This document shows, in pieces, positions 9,739 to 19,711 of a stretch of 64,000 nucleotides of DNA (the first letter of the stretch is position 1; every line of letters begins with the position of its first letter). Source of the stretch: Bacteroidota bacterium (lineage in GTDB: Bacteria; Bacteroidota; Bacteroidia; AKYH767-A; OLB10); the NCBI GenBank assembly GCA_947453935.1, contig CANGJU010000002.1:754-64753 (forward strand), given 5' to 3'. Below the pieces are notes generated by a model. The model did no database searches. It was not told the origin of the DNA and was given only the letters and a program-made list of their open reading frames with translations. The position numbers were made by a program, and so were the translations under genes.

Positions 9739-11511
9739 TTAAAAAAGGTTGACTAAACCAAAGTGAATTTTTGCATCCTTAAACGACAGTGCCTGATCCT
9801 GTAAACTACCAACCGCATAGGTGAATGAAAAGATGCCTGCTTTTGTTTCGAAATTGATACCAGTACCTAATCCATATGGTTGATCTTTAAAAACATCAAC
9901 CTTCGATTTGTCCTCGTAAAAAGCCTGATTGAAGAACACAAACAAGAATGAATTCTGTTCCAGCAATAAACGATATTCTATTTTACCCATCACTAACGAT
10001 GAAGCTAAAAAACTCGTCTCGTTAAATCCGCGTAACGACTTTAATCCACCAAAACGAATCAATTCATTCGAAAAATATTTCTCTCCTTGAATATGCGAGG
10101 CCGTTGCACCGATATTTAAAACACCAGACTTACCAAGAGTAAAATAATAATCTGCATTTACATCAAAGCGATACTGATTGGTTTTGAAGTCGAGAGAATC
10201 ATACCATACATCTGGAAATTTAATATTCTTCTTAATCGTTCGCTGACCTGCAGTTCCAGTAATATTTACATCGTAACCTTTTGTAGGATTAAATCGATAA
10301 TCTAAATTTTGCCATTGCAATCCTAGCCCATAATTTATCAGTTGCATATCGGCTACATCGGGTAATGAAAGCTGATTTTTATAGGGCTCGACTGAAATCA
10401 GGTTATTTGTTTTTTTACCTGCAAAAATTTTCACCGAATTATTTCCATTCACTAAATACTGAATTCCTAATTGTCGATTAACTTCAAACCAAAGCGTATC
10501 TTTTTTAAACAAGGTAAATTCTCCTTCTACTCCGAATGGCAAATCGAAAATAAACGGATAGTTGATTTTAATTTTCAAGTCTTGCGTTCGAGGCTGCGGA
10601 TTATTCCAGTTGAAATCGATAAGCTCTGCACGCCCAAAAACATTCATCAATTTTATTTTTACATCACCTGTCAAATATACCTTTCCTGATTTTGTATTAT
10701 CAGATTGAAATCCGATTATTCCATTTAACATACTGGCCTTTTTATTTTGCAGATAAAAAACCGGATGGTATGTTTTTTCTCCATATTCAATTTCAAAAGG
10801 ACGAACCTCTGAAACGAATGGAATTTCTTTAATTCTGAATGCCCATTTGCTTAACTTACCTTCCGTAAATAAATCTCCTGTTGACAAATCCAGGTAATTC
10901 AAAAAATAATTTTGATTGAGCTTTGCGTTTCCTTTAATCAGAATAGTATCTAACGTAAAAAGCTCGCCTTTTTCAAAAAGCAAGTCAGCACTAAAATCAG
11001 ATGAATCGCTATTTAAATGAATATTCTCCAGCTTTGCTAACGCGAAGGGGTATCCGTTATTACATCCCCATTTTACAAGGGCATTCATAAGCTTGTTATA
11101 ATAGGCTGGTGTGAAGACTGATTTCGAAGTTTGAAAACCGAGGTTGCTCAATAATTCCTGATCTGCTTTGTTGATATTAATTGAAGAAAAAGTGAACTGT
11201 TTTCCCAACGACCAATACACAACAATTTCATTGGAAGAATAGGTTATGCTATCATAAGATGCTGTCAAATATCCTTTCGATTTTAATTCCGACTCAATTG
11301 CTTGCAAGAATGGAATCATTTTAACTGAATCGATTTTCGATTTGTTTATTTTCTTTTCGAAAGAAGATAACACCAATGACTCCTCTTTATTTTTTGCATT
11401 GAAGCGAATTGAAATATCTGAAAATATACTGGCATAAGCTGTCGATGCAACACCTAACAAAACGAAGAGTGCGACAAAACGAATCATAACTAAACAATTT
11501 CTATTTTTCAT
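9739..11511 (-). CDS. BamA/TamA (Omp85) family outer-membrane protein
   Basis: 590 aa with a signal peptide. POTRA-like N-terminal region, beta-barrel C-terminal region, and a terminal aromatic residue (LVNLF). Confidence 0.65.
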   Translation of the reverse strand: MKNRNCLVMIRFVALFVLLGVASTAYASIFSDISIRFNAKNKEESLVLSSFEKKINKSKIDSVKMIPFLQAIESELKSKGYLTASYDSITYSSNEIVVYWSLGKQFTFSSININKADQELLSNLGFQTSKSVFTPAYYNKLMNALVKWGCNNGYPFALAKLENIHLNSDSSDFSADLLFEKGELFTLDTILIKGNAKLNQNYFLNYLDLSTGDLFTEGKLSKWAFRIKEIPFVSEVRPFEIEYGEKTYHPVFYLQNKKASMLNGIIGFQSDNTKSGKVYLTGDVKIKLMNVFGRAELIDFNWNNPQPRTQDLKIKINYPFIFDLPFGVEGEFTLFKKDTLWFEVNRQLGIQYLVNGNNSVKIFAGKKTNNLISVEPYKNQLSLPDVADMQLINYGLGLQWQNLDYRFNPTKGYDVNITGTAGQRTIKKNIKFPDVWYDSLDFKTNQYRFDVNADYYFTLGKSGVLNIGATASHIQGEKYFSNELIRFGGLKSLRGFNETSFLASSLVMGKIEYRLLLEQNSFLFVFFNQAFYEDKSKVDVFKDQPYGLGTGINFETKAGIFSFTYAVGSLQDQALSFKDAKIHFGLVNLF

Positions 11512-11514
11512 TGC

Positions 11515-12192
11515 TTATAAACGCCAGTCGACGGGTTGAATATTGTTTTTAACGAGATACTCATTCGCTTTTGAGAAATGTCCGCAACCATTAAATCCTG
11601 TGCGGGCCAATGGAGAAGGATGAGCAGCATCTAACACCAAGTGTTTTTCGCGATTAATAATTTCACCTTTTTTCTTTGCATAATTTCCCCATAGCATAAA
11701 CACTACATGTTCTCGATGATTAGAAATCGCTTTTATTACAGCATCTGTAAATTGCTCCCATCCTTTTTTCTGATGCGAGCCAGCCTCATGTGCACGAACG
11801 GTAAGTGTTGCATTTAATAGCAGCACACCTTGTTTTGTCCATGCAGATAAATCACCATTCGAAGGTTTAGCAATCCCGAGATCTCGGTTTAATTCTTTGA
11901 AAATATTATTTAGTGAAGGAGGAATACGAACGCCATGCGCAACAGAGAAACAGAGTCCGTTTGCCTGACCTGCACCATGATAAGGATCCTGGCCGATGAT
12001 AACCACTTTTACGCTATAAAAAGGAGTATTTTCAAAAGCTGCAAAAACTTGTTCTGCGGGAGGATAAATAAGCTGGTTATTCGCCTGTTCTTCTCTTAAA
12101 AAACGGACAAGCTCACTATAATAGGGTTGTTGCCATTCATTAGCAATATGTCTGTGCCAGCTCTCTTCAATATTCAAACTTAAATAATCCAT
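11515..12192 (-). CDS. ung: Uracil-DNA glycosylase (family 1)
   Basis: Motifs VVIIGQDPYH, GVLLLN and HPSPL. The start is trimmed from the track's 12321 to the ATG at 12192 (MDYLSLNIEESW...), giving a typical ~225-aa Ung. Confidence 0.9.
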   Translation of the reverse strand: MDYLSLNIEESWHRHIANEWQQPYYSELVRFLREEQANNQLIYPPAEQVFAAFENTPFYSVKVVIIGQDPYHGAGQANGLCFSVAHGVRIPPSLNNIFKELNRDLGIAKPSNGDLSAWTKQGVLLLNATLTVRAHEAGSHQKKGWEQFTDAVIKAISNHREHVVFMLWGNYAKKKGEIINREKHLVLDAAHPSPLARTGFNGCGHFSKANEYLVKNNIQPVDWRL

Positions 12193-12315
12193 TTTATCTG
12201 TAACTGCACCCTGCATTATAAACAATTTATCGTGCGAAAAATAATTAAACCCCTTCTCCGTTCGAGAGATAAAAATACTTACTTTGTGCTGATTAATCAT
12301 ATTACCGGTAAAAAC

Positions 12316-12444
12316 ATGCAAAAATTAATTTTAATCTGTGGATTTATTTTAACTGTAACCTGTCTAGTTTCTTGCAAATCGCATGAAAAATGCCCTGCTT
12401 ACGGACAGAAAAATACAACTACCACTACGCAGCGTCCTGCCTAA
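12316..12444 (+). CDS. Small putative lipoprotein (42 aa)
   Basis: An internal ATG of track ORF 12232..12444 gives MQKLILICGFILTVTCLVSCKSHEKCPAYGQ..., with a lipobox LVSC. The 5' extension in the track would overlap the ung upstream region. Confidence 0.45.
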   Translation: MQKLILICGFILTVTCLVSCKSHEKCPAYGQKNTTTTTQRPA

Positions 12445-12476
12445 TTAGCAGTAAATCAAAAACGACATAGTTGGCG

Positions 12477-13856
12477 ATGCAATCGGAAAACGATAAACCG
12501 ATCGTACTAGAACTTCTTGAAAAAGGAGACATAGAACGTCTTGAGGAACAATTAGAGAATTGGTTGCCTCAGGAATTAGCCGAACTATGTTCCGAAGTTT
12601 CTTCTGCAGAACAAGCCATCATCTTTAATGTTATAGATCGTGAACAAGCGTATCAAACATTTGAAGAATTAGATTTTAGTATTCAGGTTGACTTATTAGA
12701 TGAGTTAAGAGCGCGACAAGTTCAGCTTATCCTGAATGATATGTCGCCCGATAACCGTACTGCATTTTTAGAGGAGCTGGAGCCGGAACGTTTAAACAAA
12801 CTATTGAAGCTCCTTACACAAAAAGAGCGTCGTGTTGCTTTATCGCTTTTAGGATATCCAGAAGATTCGATTGGCCGTTTGATGACGCCCGATTATGTAG
12901 CCGTTAATCAAGAGTGGACCGTTAAGCAAATCATCGATTACATTCGAAATAACGGAGAGAACTCTGAAACGCTCGATGTAATTTACATCGTTGATGAAAA
13001 GGGATACCTGGTTGATGATATTCGAATAGGCGACTTATTACTTGCTGAAGATAATATTCCAGTTAAAGAAATTCTTGATGGTAAATACATTTCGTTGTTG
13101 GTAACAGACGACGAAGAAGTTGCTGTAAAGGTTTTTAAAAAATCAAATCGTGTAGCCTTGCCTGTAACAAATGCAGGTGGATTGCTTTTAGGAATTATCA
13201 CAGTCGATGATATCTTAGAACTCGCACAAGAAGAAGACACAGAAGATATTCAGAAGATTGGTGCGGTAGAAGCACTTGAAGAACCATACATGGATGTAGG
13301 CTTGACACAAATGTTACGCAAGCGTGCACCGTGGTTAATCATTCTCTTCATTGGCGAAATGTTTACGGCATCTGCCATGTCGTTTTTCGAAAATGAAATT
13401 GACAAAGCAGTTGTACTTGCTTTATTTATTCCATTGATTGTAAGTAGTGGTGGTAATAGCGGATCACAAGCATCTACACTTATTATTCGTGCGCTTGCAC
13501 TCGGTGAGATTACAGTGATGGATTGGTGGAGAATTATGCGTAAAGAAATTGTAACTGGATTGTACCTCGGATTAATACTAGGCTTTATCGGATTTGCTCG
13601 TGTTACAACCTGGCATTTTTTCACTGATATTTATGGTCCTTATTGGATGCTGATTGCCTTCACCATAGGATTTGCTGTATTCGGTGTTGTACTATGGGGA
13701 ACGATAATGGGATCAATGATGCCCTTGTTCTTAAAGAAACTCGGACTCGATCCTGCAACATCATCCGCACCATTCATTGCTACCATGGTTGATGTAACAG
13801 GACTTGTTATCTACTTCTCATTTGCCTCGATGCTTCTTAAAGGAACCTTGTTGTAA
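12477..13856 (+). CDS. mgtE: Magnesium transporter MgtE
   Basis: N-domain, tandem CBS domains and a 5-TM C-terminus (SGGNSGSQ, PFIATMVDVTGL). The ATG at 12477 is preferred over the TTG at 12471. Confidence 0.9.
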   Translation: MQSENDKPIVLELLEKGDIERLEEQLENWLPQELAELCSEVSSAEQAIIFNVIDREQAYQTFEELDFSIQVDLLDELRARQVQLILNDMSPDNRTAFLEELEPERLNKLLKLLTQKERRVALSLLGYPEDSIGRLMTPDYVAVNQEWTVKQIIDYIRNNGENSETLDVIYIVDEKGYLVDDIRIGDLLLAEDNIPVKEILDGKYISLLVTDDEEVAVKVFKKSNRVALPVTNAGGLLLGIITVDDILELAQEEDTEDIQKIGAVEALEEPYMDVGLTQMLRKRAPWLIILFIGEMFTASAMSFFENEIDKAVVLALFIPLIVSSGGNSGSQASTLIIRALALGEITVMDWWRIMRKEIVTGLYLGLILGFIGFARVTTWHFFTDIYGPYWMLIAFTIGFAVFGVVLWGTIMGSMMPLFLKKLGLDPATSSAPFIATMVDVTGLVIYFSFASMLLKGTLL

Positions 13857-14821
13857 TGAATAAGCCAGTTGTACTTTTAATCGACACTCTTCATCCTGCT
13901 TTTATTGATACGCTGAAAGAAAATAATATTTCCATTGTTGAAGGTTATCATTTATCAAAAGATGAAATACTCGCATCCGAAGAGCAGTATAACGGGATGG
14001 CTATCCGTAGTCGCTTTAAGTTGGATGAATCGTTTTTAAATAGCCTAACCAATACTGTTGTAATTGGTCGTGCGGGTGCAGGCATGGAGAACATTGATGC
14101 AATTGCAGCTGCAAATAACAATTTAGAATTAGTTAATGCTCCAGAAGGAAATAAAGATGCTGTTGGAGAACACGCAATAGGAATGTTGCTTGCTTTAAAC
14201 AATCATTTGATTCGCGTCAATCAGGAAGTGCGTAATGGCATCTGGAAGAGAGAAGAAAATCGCGGAGTTGAAATACAGGGAAAGACAATTGCTATTATTG
14301 GTTTTGGAAACATGGGCAAAGCAATGGCAAAGAAACTTCAGGGTTTTGAAGCCCATGTTCTTGTGTATGACCCATACCTAACAATTTCAGAAGAATATCC
14401 GTATGTAAAACAAGTGACATTAAATCAAATTTTTGAAGAAGCGGATATAATTAGTTTACATGTACCACTTACTGAAGAAACTAATCAGATGGTAAATGAT
14501 GATTTTCTAAACTCCTTTAAAAAAGAAATTACCCTGATCAATACTGCCAGAGGGAAAGTCGTAAATACACAAGCGTTAGTAGATGCACTGAAATCGGGCA
14601 AAGTAAAATATGCAGCGTTAGATGTTTTAGAATATGAAAGTGTTTCTTATGAAAACCTGGATGCGTCTAAACTTCCGGAAGCCTTTCAATATCTTATTCA
14701 GTCAGACAGAGTGCTGCTTTCTCCGCATATTGCAGGCTGGACCTTGGAGTCGAATATAAAAATCGCAACAACGCTGGCTAATAAAATGATTGCCGTTTTT
14801 AAAGAGAAAAAACTACTTTAA
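13856..14821 (+). CDS. D-isomer-specific 2-hydroxyacid dehydrogenase (phosphoglycerate dehydrogenase-like)
   Basis: 321 aa. Rossmann motif GKTIAIIGFGNMGKA and the NTARG...D...E...SPH catalytic pattern. The start overlaps the mgtE stop. Confidence 0.85.
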   Translation: MNKPVVLLIDTLHPAFIDTLKENNISIVEGYHLSKDEILASEEQYNGMAIRSRFKLDESFLNSLTNTVVIGRAGAGMENIDAIAAANNNLELVNAPEGNKDAVGEHAIGMLLALNNHLIRVNQEVRNGIWKREENRGVEIQGKTIAIIGFGNMGKAMAKKLQGFEAHVLVYDPYLTISEEYPYVKQVTLNQIFEEADIISLHVPLTEETNQMVNDDFLNSFKKEITLINTARGKVVNTQALVDALKSGKVKYAALDVLEYESVSYENLDASKLPEAFQYLIQSDRVLLSPHIAGWTLESNIKIATTLANKMIAVFKEKKLL

Positions 14822-17227
14822 TCCGTTAGGTTGAAAAATCAGTTTTCCTGTTTTATTCTTGATAATATCTGTTCGATTCATTTTCATTTTTCTATACTTA
14901 CCATTAAGATATAATAATGCCTGATCGTCATACCAGCGACTCATCAAATTCCCCGATTGTCCATTAGGTAAAACAGACTTTGAATTTTCTATATCTGAAA
15001 AGTCGATTACGTTTCGCATTGCTGGTCCGAAGAGCGATGAATGAATCTTATCATCAGACAATGTAAATCCTGATTGATTAATTACTTCTGGACCACCAGA
15101 TGCAGGAAAAGGTCCCACATTAAACACCCAGTTGAACGGCTTTACTTTTCCAATAGCATGTTTGAATTCTAACTCGTGCACTCTACCCCACTCCCAGCTA
15201 TTCGTTTTAGAACCCAATTCTTTGATAAGCTCTTTAACTGTTTCATTAAATGCTTTATCAAGTATGTTATTTTTCGATTCAACTATATCTTTTGTATTTA
15301 TATTATTCCACCAAACCGAATTATCATTCTTAATGAAAGTTAAATAAGAATTTTTAGAAACATGCGTCATGAAATAAGCATCCAATTTTTCTTTACCCAA
15401 CTCATCGTTCATGGCTTCATATAACACATGATATAAAAGTTTATAGTAAATGGTTGGAGCAATATCATTCAGTCCGTGACTGCCATTCCAGCGAATTAAT
15501 TTACGCGCTACATCCTGATAAATTTTATTTTGATTTTTCACCTTGCTGGAAACACCATCAACAATGCATCTTGCTATTTGAGGCGTAATAGGAGATACAT
15601 CATCAAAAGCCATCAACTGAAAATCATCTATCAAATAATTGCTTTTCTCTGATAATAATTTATTGATGCGAATATACCGATCAAACGGAGTATAATATCC
15701 AGGATACCATTTACCATCTGACATTGTATCTATTTGCTGATTTGCGCTAACGATATATCCGCTTGAAGGATTTTCAATCGAAGGATGCTCCTCGAACGAA
15801 TAATAAGTAGTTGTGGTTGTATCATTCCATCCTGATTGTAACAATACAGGATCCATAGTTGCATTACGCTTTATTAATTTCCCTGCATGCCATAAAGCAA
15901 TATTATTTTCAGTATCGGCATAGGAAACATTTAATCCTGGAGAGATAATTTGAGAAACAGCATTTTTTACTTCTGTCATGGACGATGCATGATTCATCTG
16001 ATACGTCAGCTGCAATAAATTGCTTGGAAACTTAAGGTGCGTCCACGAAGCAGCTACAAGATTAACCGATACATCTTTCCATTCCGGCATTGCTGCGTTC
16101 ATAATTGGTCCATGACGGCTATCCTTTACCGTTACCGTAATATCATTTTCGCCTTTTACTTTAATAATTTCCTTTCTAACCTTAAATGATTCAACGCTAT
16201 TACCAGCAATGTATGCAGATGAATCATTGGCAAAAATTTTCTCTTCATAAAAATCCAAGTCATCATTTTCAAGCATTGTTAATCCCCATGACAATTTACG
16301 ATTATGACCTGTTGCGGCAAACGGCCATCCCGCTAGGTAGTCGCCATAAAAACTATATCCAGGATATTCTATATGTGCTTCATACCAAACACCAGGCTGA
16401 CCGTATGCGATATGCGTATCATTTTCTAAAAGTGGTTTGCCTGATTTTGTTTTTGCACCTGCAGCTACCCAAGAGTTACTTCCTGTAAGAGGTGCAACAG
16501 GAATCTTTTTGAAAATTTCGTCAATCGTGTTAAAGGCATGAGTAGCATTAACCGAAGGAGTTTGATGGACATTGTTTGATGCTTGAGGCTTGTTAAAATT
16601 AGTAACGAGCTCTTGATAATACTCATCACCCAATTTAGTTTTGATATACGACATCAAAGGATCAGTCTTGAATGCCATGGCGAAATTAAACGACATAAAC
16701 TCCATACTTAAGTACAAATCAGTTTGGGTAAACTCTTGCTTCGGAATTCCCAACATGGTAAACTCTATTGGTGTTTGTCCGTTGCGAATAAAAGCGTTTA
16801 ACCCTTTCAAATAAGCATTCGCAGATTTCTGATAAGGACTTTTATTCTCATTCAAATATTTTTTCTGAGATAGTGCTGCATGATCTTTAAGTCCAAGTGT
16901 GCGAAAAAACAAATCTACTTTTACCAGATCTTTTCCAAACACTTCCGCTAATCGTCCAGATGCTACACGACGAACCATCTCCATCTGAAACAAACGATCT
17001 TGCGCATGTACATAACCTAATGCATAGTAAGCATCTTCCTCACTTGATGCATAAATATGAGGCACTCCATAATAATCGTAAACAACCTCAACAGGTGCTG
17101 ACAAACCAGTTAAAGTTACAGCACCATCATATTGAGGTTTTTGTGATACGAAATAAATATAAACGGAAATTACGAGCAGAAATATGATTCCTAATATCCA
17201 AAAAAGTACTTTCCTGAAAAGCTTCAT
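14813..17227 (-). CDS. Penicillin acylase family Ntn-hydrolase (possible acyl-homoserine-lactone or beta-lactam acylase)
   Basis: 804 aa with an N-terminal TM/signal segment. YGVPHIYA and AQDRLFQM motifs, and an autoprocessing site GSNSW. Confidence 0.85.
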   Translation of the reverse strand: MKLFRKVLFWILGIIFLLVISVYIYFVSQKPQYDGAVTLTGLSAPVEVVYDYYGVPHIYASSEEDAYYALGYVHAQDRLFQMEMVRRVASGRLAEVFGKDLVKVDLFFRTLGLKDHAALSQKKYLNENKSPYQKSANAYLKGLNAFIRNGQTPIEFTMLGIPKQEFTQTDLYLSMEFMSFNFAMAFKTDPLMSYIKTKLGDEYYQELVTNFNKPQASNNVHQTPSVNATHAFNTIDEIFKKIPVAPLTGSNSWVAAGAKTKSGKPLLENDTHIAYGQPGVWYEAHIEYPGYSFYGDYLAGWPFAATGHNRKLSWGLTMLENDDLDFYEEKIFANDSSAYIAGNSVESFKVRKEIIKVKGENDITVTVKDSRHGPIMNAAMPEWKDVSVNLVAASWTHLKFPSNLLQLTYQMNHASSMTEVKNAVSQIISPGLNVSYADTENNIALWHAGKLIKRNATMDPVLLQSGWNDTTTTTYYSFEEHPSIENPSSGYIVSANQQIDTMSDGKWYPGYYTPFDRYIRINKLLSEKSNYLIDDFQLMAFDDVSPITPQIARCIVDGVSSKVKNQNKIYQDVARKLIRWNGSHGLNDIAPTIYYKLLYHVLYEAMNDELGKEKLDAYFMTHVSKNSYLTFIKNDNSVWWNNINTKDIVESKNNILDKAFNETVKELIKELGSKTNSWEWGRVHELEFKHAIGKVKPFNWVFNVGPFPASGGPEVINQSGFTLSDDKIHSSLFGPAMRNVIDFSDIENSKSVLPNGQSGNLMSRWYDDQALLYLNGKYRKMKMNRTDIIKNKTGKLIFQPNGLK

Positions 17228-17244
17228 TCTATTTGTATTTAATT

Positions 17245-19503
17245 TTATTTAATAATTTTCTCTACCAACTTACCTTGACTCGTTTGAATCACACAGTTAT
17301 AAATTCCTGATGAAAGCGTTTCGATATTTAATGTTATTTTAAATTCTTCCTCTGACTTCTGACCAGTTACAGATTGCACCAGTCTTCCTTGCACATCGAA
17401 TAATTGTAAATCGTAGGAACCTTTGTAATCGCCCAACCAATTGATATTTACAAAATCACTTGCAGGATTCGGACTTACAATTACCTGCTGACTCACCATT
17501 ACATTTTCTGATACACCTTGAGGTGCTGAGATGATAAAGTTCTTATTAGAAATATCAAAGAAAATATTATTAGTTGGCTTCACCATAATTCTTGCAGTAG
17601 TTGTTGTCAGATTAGGCATTGTTACCGAACAAGTACCATTATTAGGAACTGACGATGCTAACGTTATCGGATAGGTGAACCCACCATCCGTGCTTAGTGT
17701 AATATCAACATTGGCAGCACTGATTGGTGCAGCAGTTGTATTTGAAACATCCCAGGTTACTATTTGCTGACTTAATGCAGGCCATGTCAATAATACATTC
17801 GGATTAGTAACCAAAAATGGTGTAGTTGTATTAACAATAGTAAGAGTAACAAAACCCGGATCATACGTTACTCCGCCTCCACCAGTTTTATTATCGCGAG
17901 CAGTCAATCGAAACTTCATTGAACGTGCATAGGTAGGTAGTTTTTCGCCTAACGGATTTGCATTGTTTGCAATGATGTAATTGATACGAGGGAAAATTCT
18001 TGTTGGACTAAGTGATGCAGGTAACGAACGGAACAAAGGTGCGTTGCCACTTGGTGTAGAAGGTGCACCTGCAGGACCTAAATCATATTCTTCCCAAGAG
18101 TATGTTAACGTATCTCCGTCAGGGTCGTTAGCAGCACCGGTTAACATAAATGGCGTTGAAATAGGGATACTAACATTATTGCCTATACTCGTTATTACTG
18201 GAGCATTGTTTCCTGTTGCTGTTTGAACCGGGCAATTATTTCCTGTACTTATTGTAGTATAGTTTACAATCTCATCAAAACTTGCTGTATGAAAAAATGC
18301 ATCGCTATTACTTGCAATATCTTGTGGAGAACAGATTCCTGCATAAGCCATAATAGTAGACCCACTTCCTGGCTCGTATGCCGTGCTTGTATTACCATTA
18401 CCAGAACATGATCCTGTATTTCCATTGAACGTATGATTACCACCGTACTGATGTCCCATTTCATGTGCTACATAATCGATATCATACGGATCACCAACAG
18501 GTGCTGGAGAACCTGTAACACCGCGTGCTTTACTTCCACCACAAACAACACCTAAACCTGCGATACCACCACCGCCAGTACTGAACACATGACCAATATC
18601 GTAATTTGCTGAGCCGATATAGTTAGTAACGGTTGTCTGATTTTGACCAAGCATTGTTCCACCATTGTTATTGGTATAAGGATCTGTATTTGCATTTAAG
18701 AAAATTAATGTGTCAGTGTTTGCTATTAAATTTAATCGAACATCCACTTCGCGTTCATACACAGCCGTTACACGATTGATACTAGTAATCATTGCTGATA
18801 ATGTTGCTGGCTTTGTCCCGCCAAAAAAAGCAGCATACTCACCTGTACATGCTAATGCTAAACGATAAGTACGCAATGTTCCAGCAATACTTCTTGCATT
18901 CACTGGTAATGCACCTTTTAATTCAACATCGCTGGTAATTTCTTTTGCACGTTGTACATTTTCATCCGACTCAGGATTGAATGAACAAAAACTTCCATCG
19001 TATTTATTGATAGCATTAACCTTATAGTAGCATTGGTAAGCATTGCTCGTTCCACGATTATATGGATCAATAAAAAATGTTTTATCTCCATCTAAAATCA
19101 TTGCATGAAATCCTAAATAGGTTACATCTAATCTTCCGCATGCTGCAGGATTAGTAATACCTTGCACCAAATATGTTTTGATTTCTGGATACCTTACAGC
19201 CAAACCTTTTTCCATAATTGGTGATTCAACTACAGAAAAATCTTGTTGCTTTCCATCTGGAGTTGGCAACGTTAATTTTAGAGAAGCAACACCACTACGT
19301 TCTAAAGGTGCGGTTGAAAGAAAACTTTTTAACCCTGCTAAATCAAGATTAAAATAAGCTGAGCGATTTGTTTTGATGTCGGCAACTCCATATTGGGAGG
19401 CTACGTTCTCTTTTGTTGAAACTGCCCAATAAGGAACAGATACTGCATTTGCAAAAGAGACCAACACAAAGGCTAATGCCAATGTAGAAATTAACTTTTT
19501 CAT
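17245..19503 (-). CDS. Secreted reprolysin-like zinc metalloprotease with T9SS type A C-terminal sorting domain
   Basis: 752 aa with a signal peptide. Zinc site HEMGHQYGGNH (HExxHxxGxxH). The C-terminal ~80 aa (SPNPASDFVNI...LFDVQGRLV...GIYNCVI) match the T9SS CTD pattern. Confidence 0.8.
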   Translation of the reverse strand: MKKLISTLALAFVLVSFANAVSVPYWAVSTKENVASQYGVADIKTNRSAYFNLDLAGLKSFLSTAPLERSGVASLKLTLPTPDGKQQDFSVVESPIMEKGLAVRYPEIKTYLVQGITNPAACGRLDVTYLGFHAMILDGDKTFFIDPYNRGTSNAYQCYYKVNAINKYDGSFCSFNPESDENVQRAKEITSDVELKGALPVNARSIAGTLRTYRLALACTGEYAAFFGGTKPATLSAMITSINRVTAVYEREVDVRLNLIANTDTLIFLNANTDPYTNNNGGTMLGQNQTTVTNYIGSANYDIGHVFSTGGGGIAGLGVVCGGSKARGVTGSPAPVGDPYDIDYVAHEMGHQYGGNHTFNGNTGSCSGNGNTSTAYEPGSGSTIMAYAGICSPQDIASNSDAFFHTASFDEIVNYTTISTGNNCPVQTATGNNAPVITSIGNNVSIPISTPFMLTGAANDPDGDTLTYSWEEYDLGPAGAPSTPSGNAPLFRSLPASLSPTRIFPRINYIIANNANPLGEKLPTYARSMKFRLTARDNKTGGGGVTYDPGFVTLTIVNTTTPFLVTNPNVLLTWPALSQQIVTWDVSNTTAAPISAANVDITLSTDGGFTYPITLASSVPNNGTCSVTMPNLTTTTARIMVKPTNNIFFDISNKNFIISAPQGVSENVMVSQQVIVSPNPASDFVNINWLGDYKGSYDLQLFDVQGRLVQSVTGQKSEEEFKITLNIETLSSGIYNCVIQTSQGKLVEKIIK

Positions 19504-19585
19504 AGAATTGTTTTAGGTTGAACAAATCTAATAATATTCTTTTAAAAAAATTTAGTGGTTTAATAGGTTTATGACATGTTTATTA

Positions 19586-19593
19586 TAAATTTG
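19586..19593 (+). promoter_or_regulatory. Candidate Bacteroidota -7 promoter box (TAnnTTTG)
   Basis: TAAATTTG lies a few nt upstream of the riboswitch P1 stem. Confidence 0.4.
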
Positions 19594-19595
19594 TC

Positions 19596-19675
19596 CACAC
19601 ACTGGGGTGCCCTAAAGGGCTGAGATTATACCCATCGAACCTGAAGTGGTTAGTACCACCGTAGGAAGTGCGATG
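19596..19675 (+). promoter_or_regulatory. TPP (THI-box) riboswitch
   Basis: cacACTGGGGTGCCCtaaaGGGCTGAGAttatACCCatcGAACCTGAagtGGTTAGTACCACCGTAGGAAgtg matches the THI element core (CUGGGGUGCC, GCUGAGA, ACCC, AACCUGA, GGxUAxUACC, CGUAGGxA). Confidence 0.85.
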
Positions 19676-19711
19676 ACGAGTCTTTTGACACCCTATTATT
19701 AATTCGTCATT

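Noticed and set aside
12193-12321. N-terminal 43-codon extension of the ung ORF, and the 12232 start of the small plus-strand ORF
   Set aside because: Ung homology begins at MDYLSLN. The extension would collide with the divergent small lipoprotein gene, whose signal peptide starts at the internal ATG at 12316.
13250-13624. 124-aa minus-strand ORF (and 12983..13240, 85 aa) inside mgtE
   Set aside because: They lie entirely antisense to a confidently identified MgtE gene. The translations are low-complexity and Ser/Ile-rich with no motifs. These are typical shadow ORFs.
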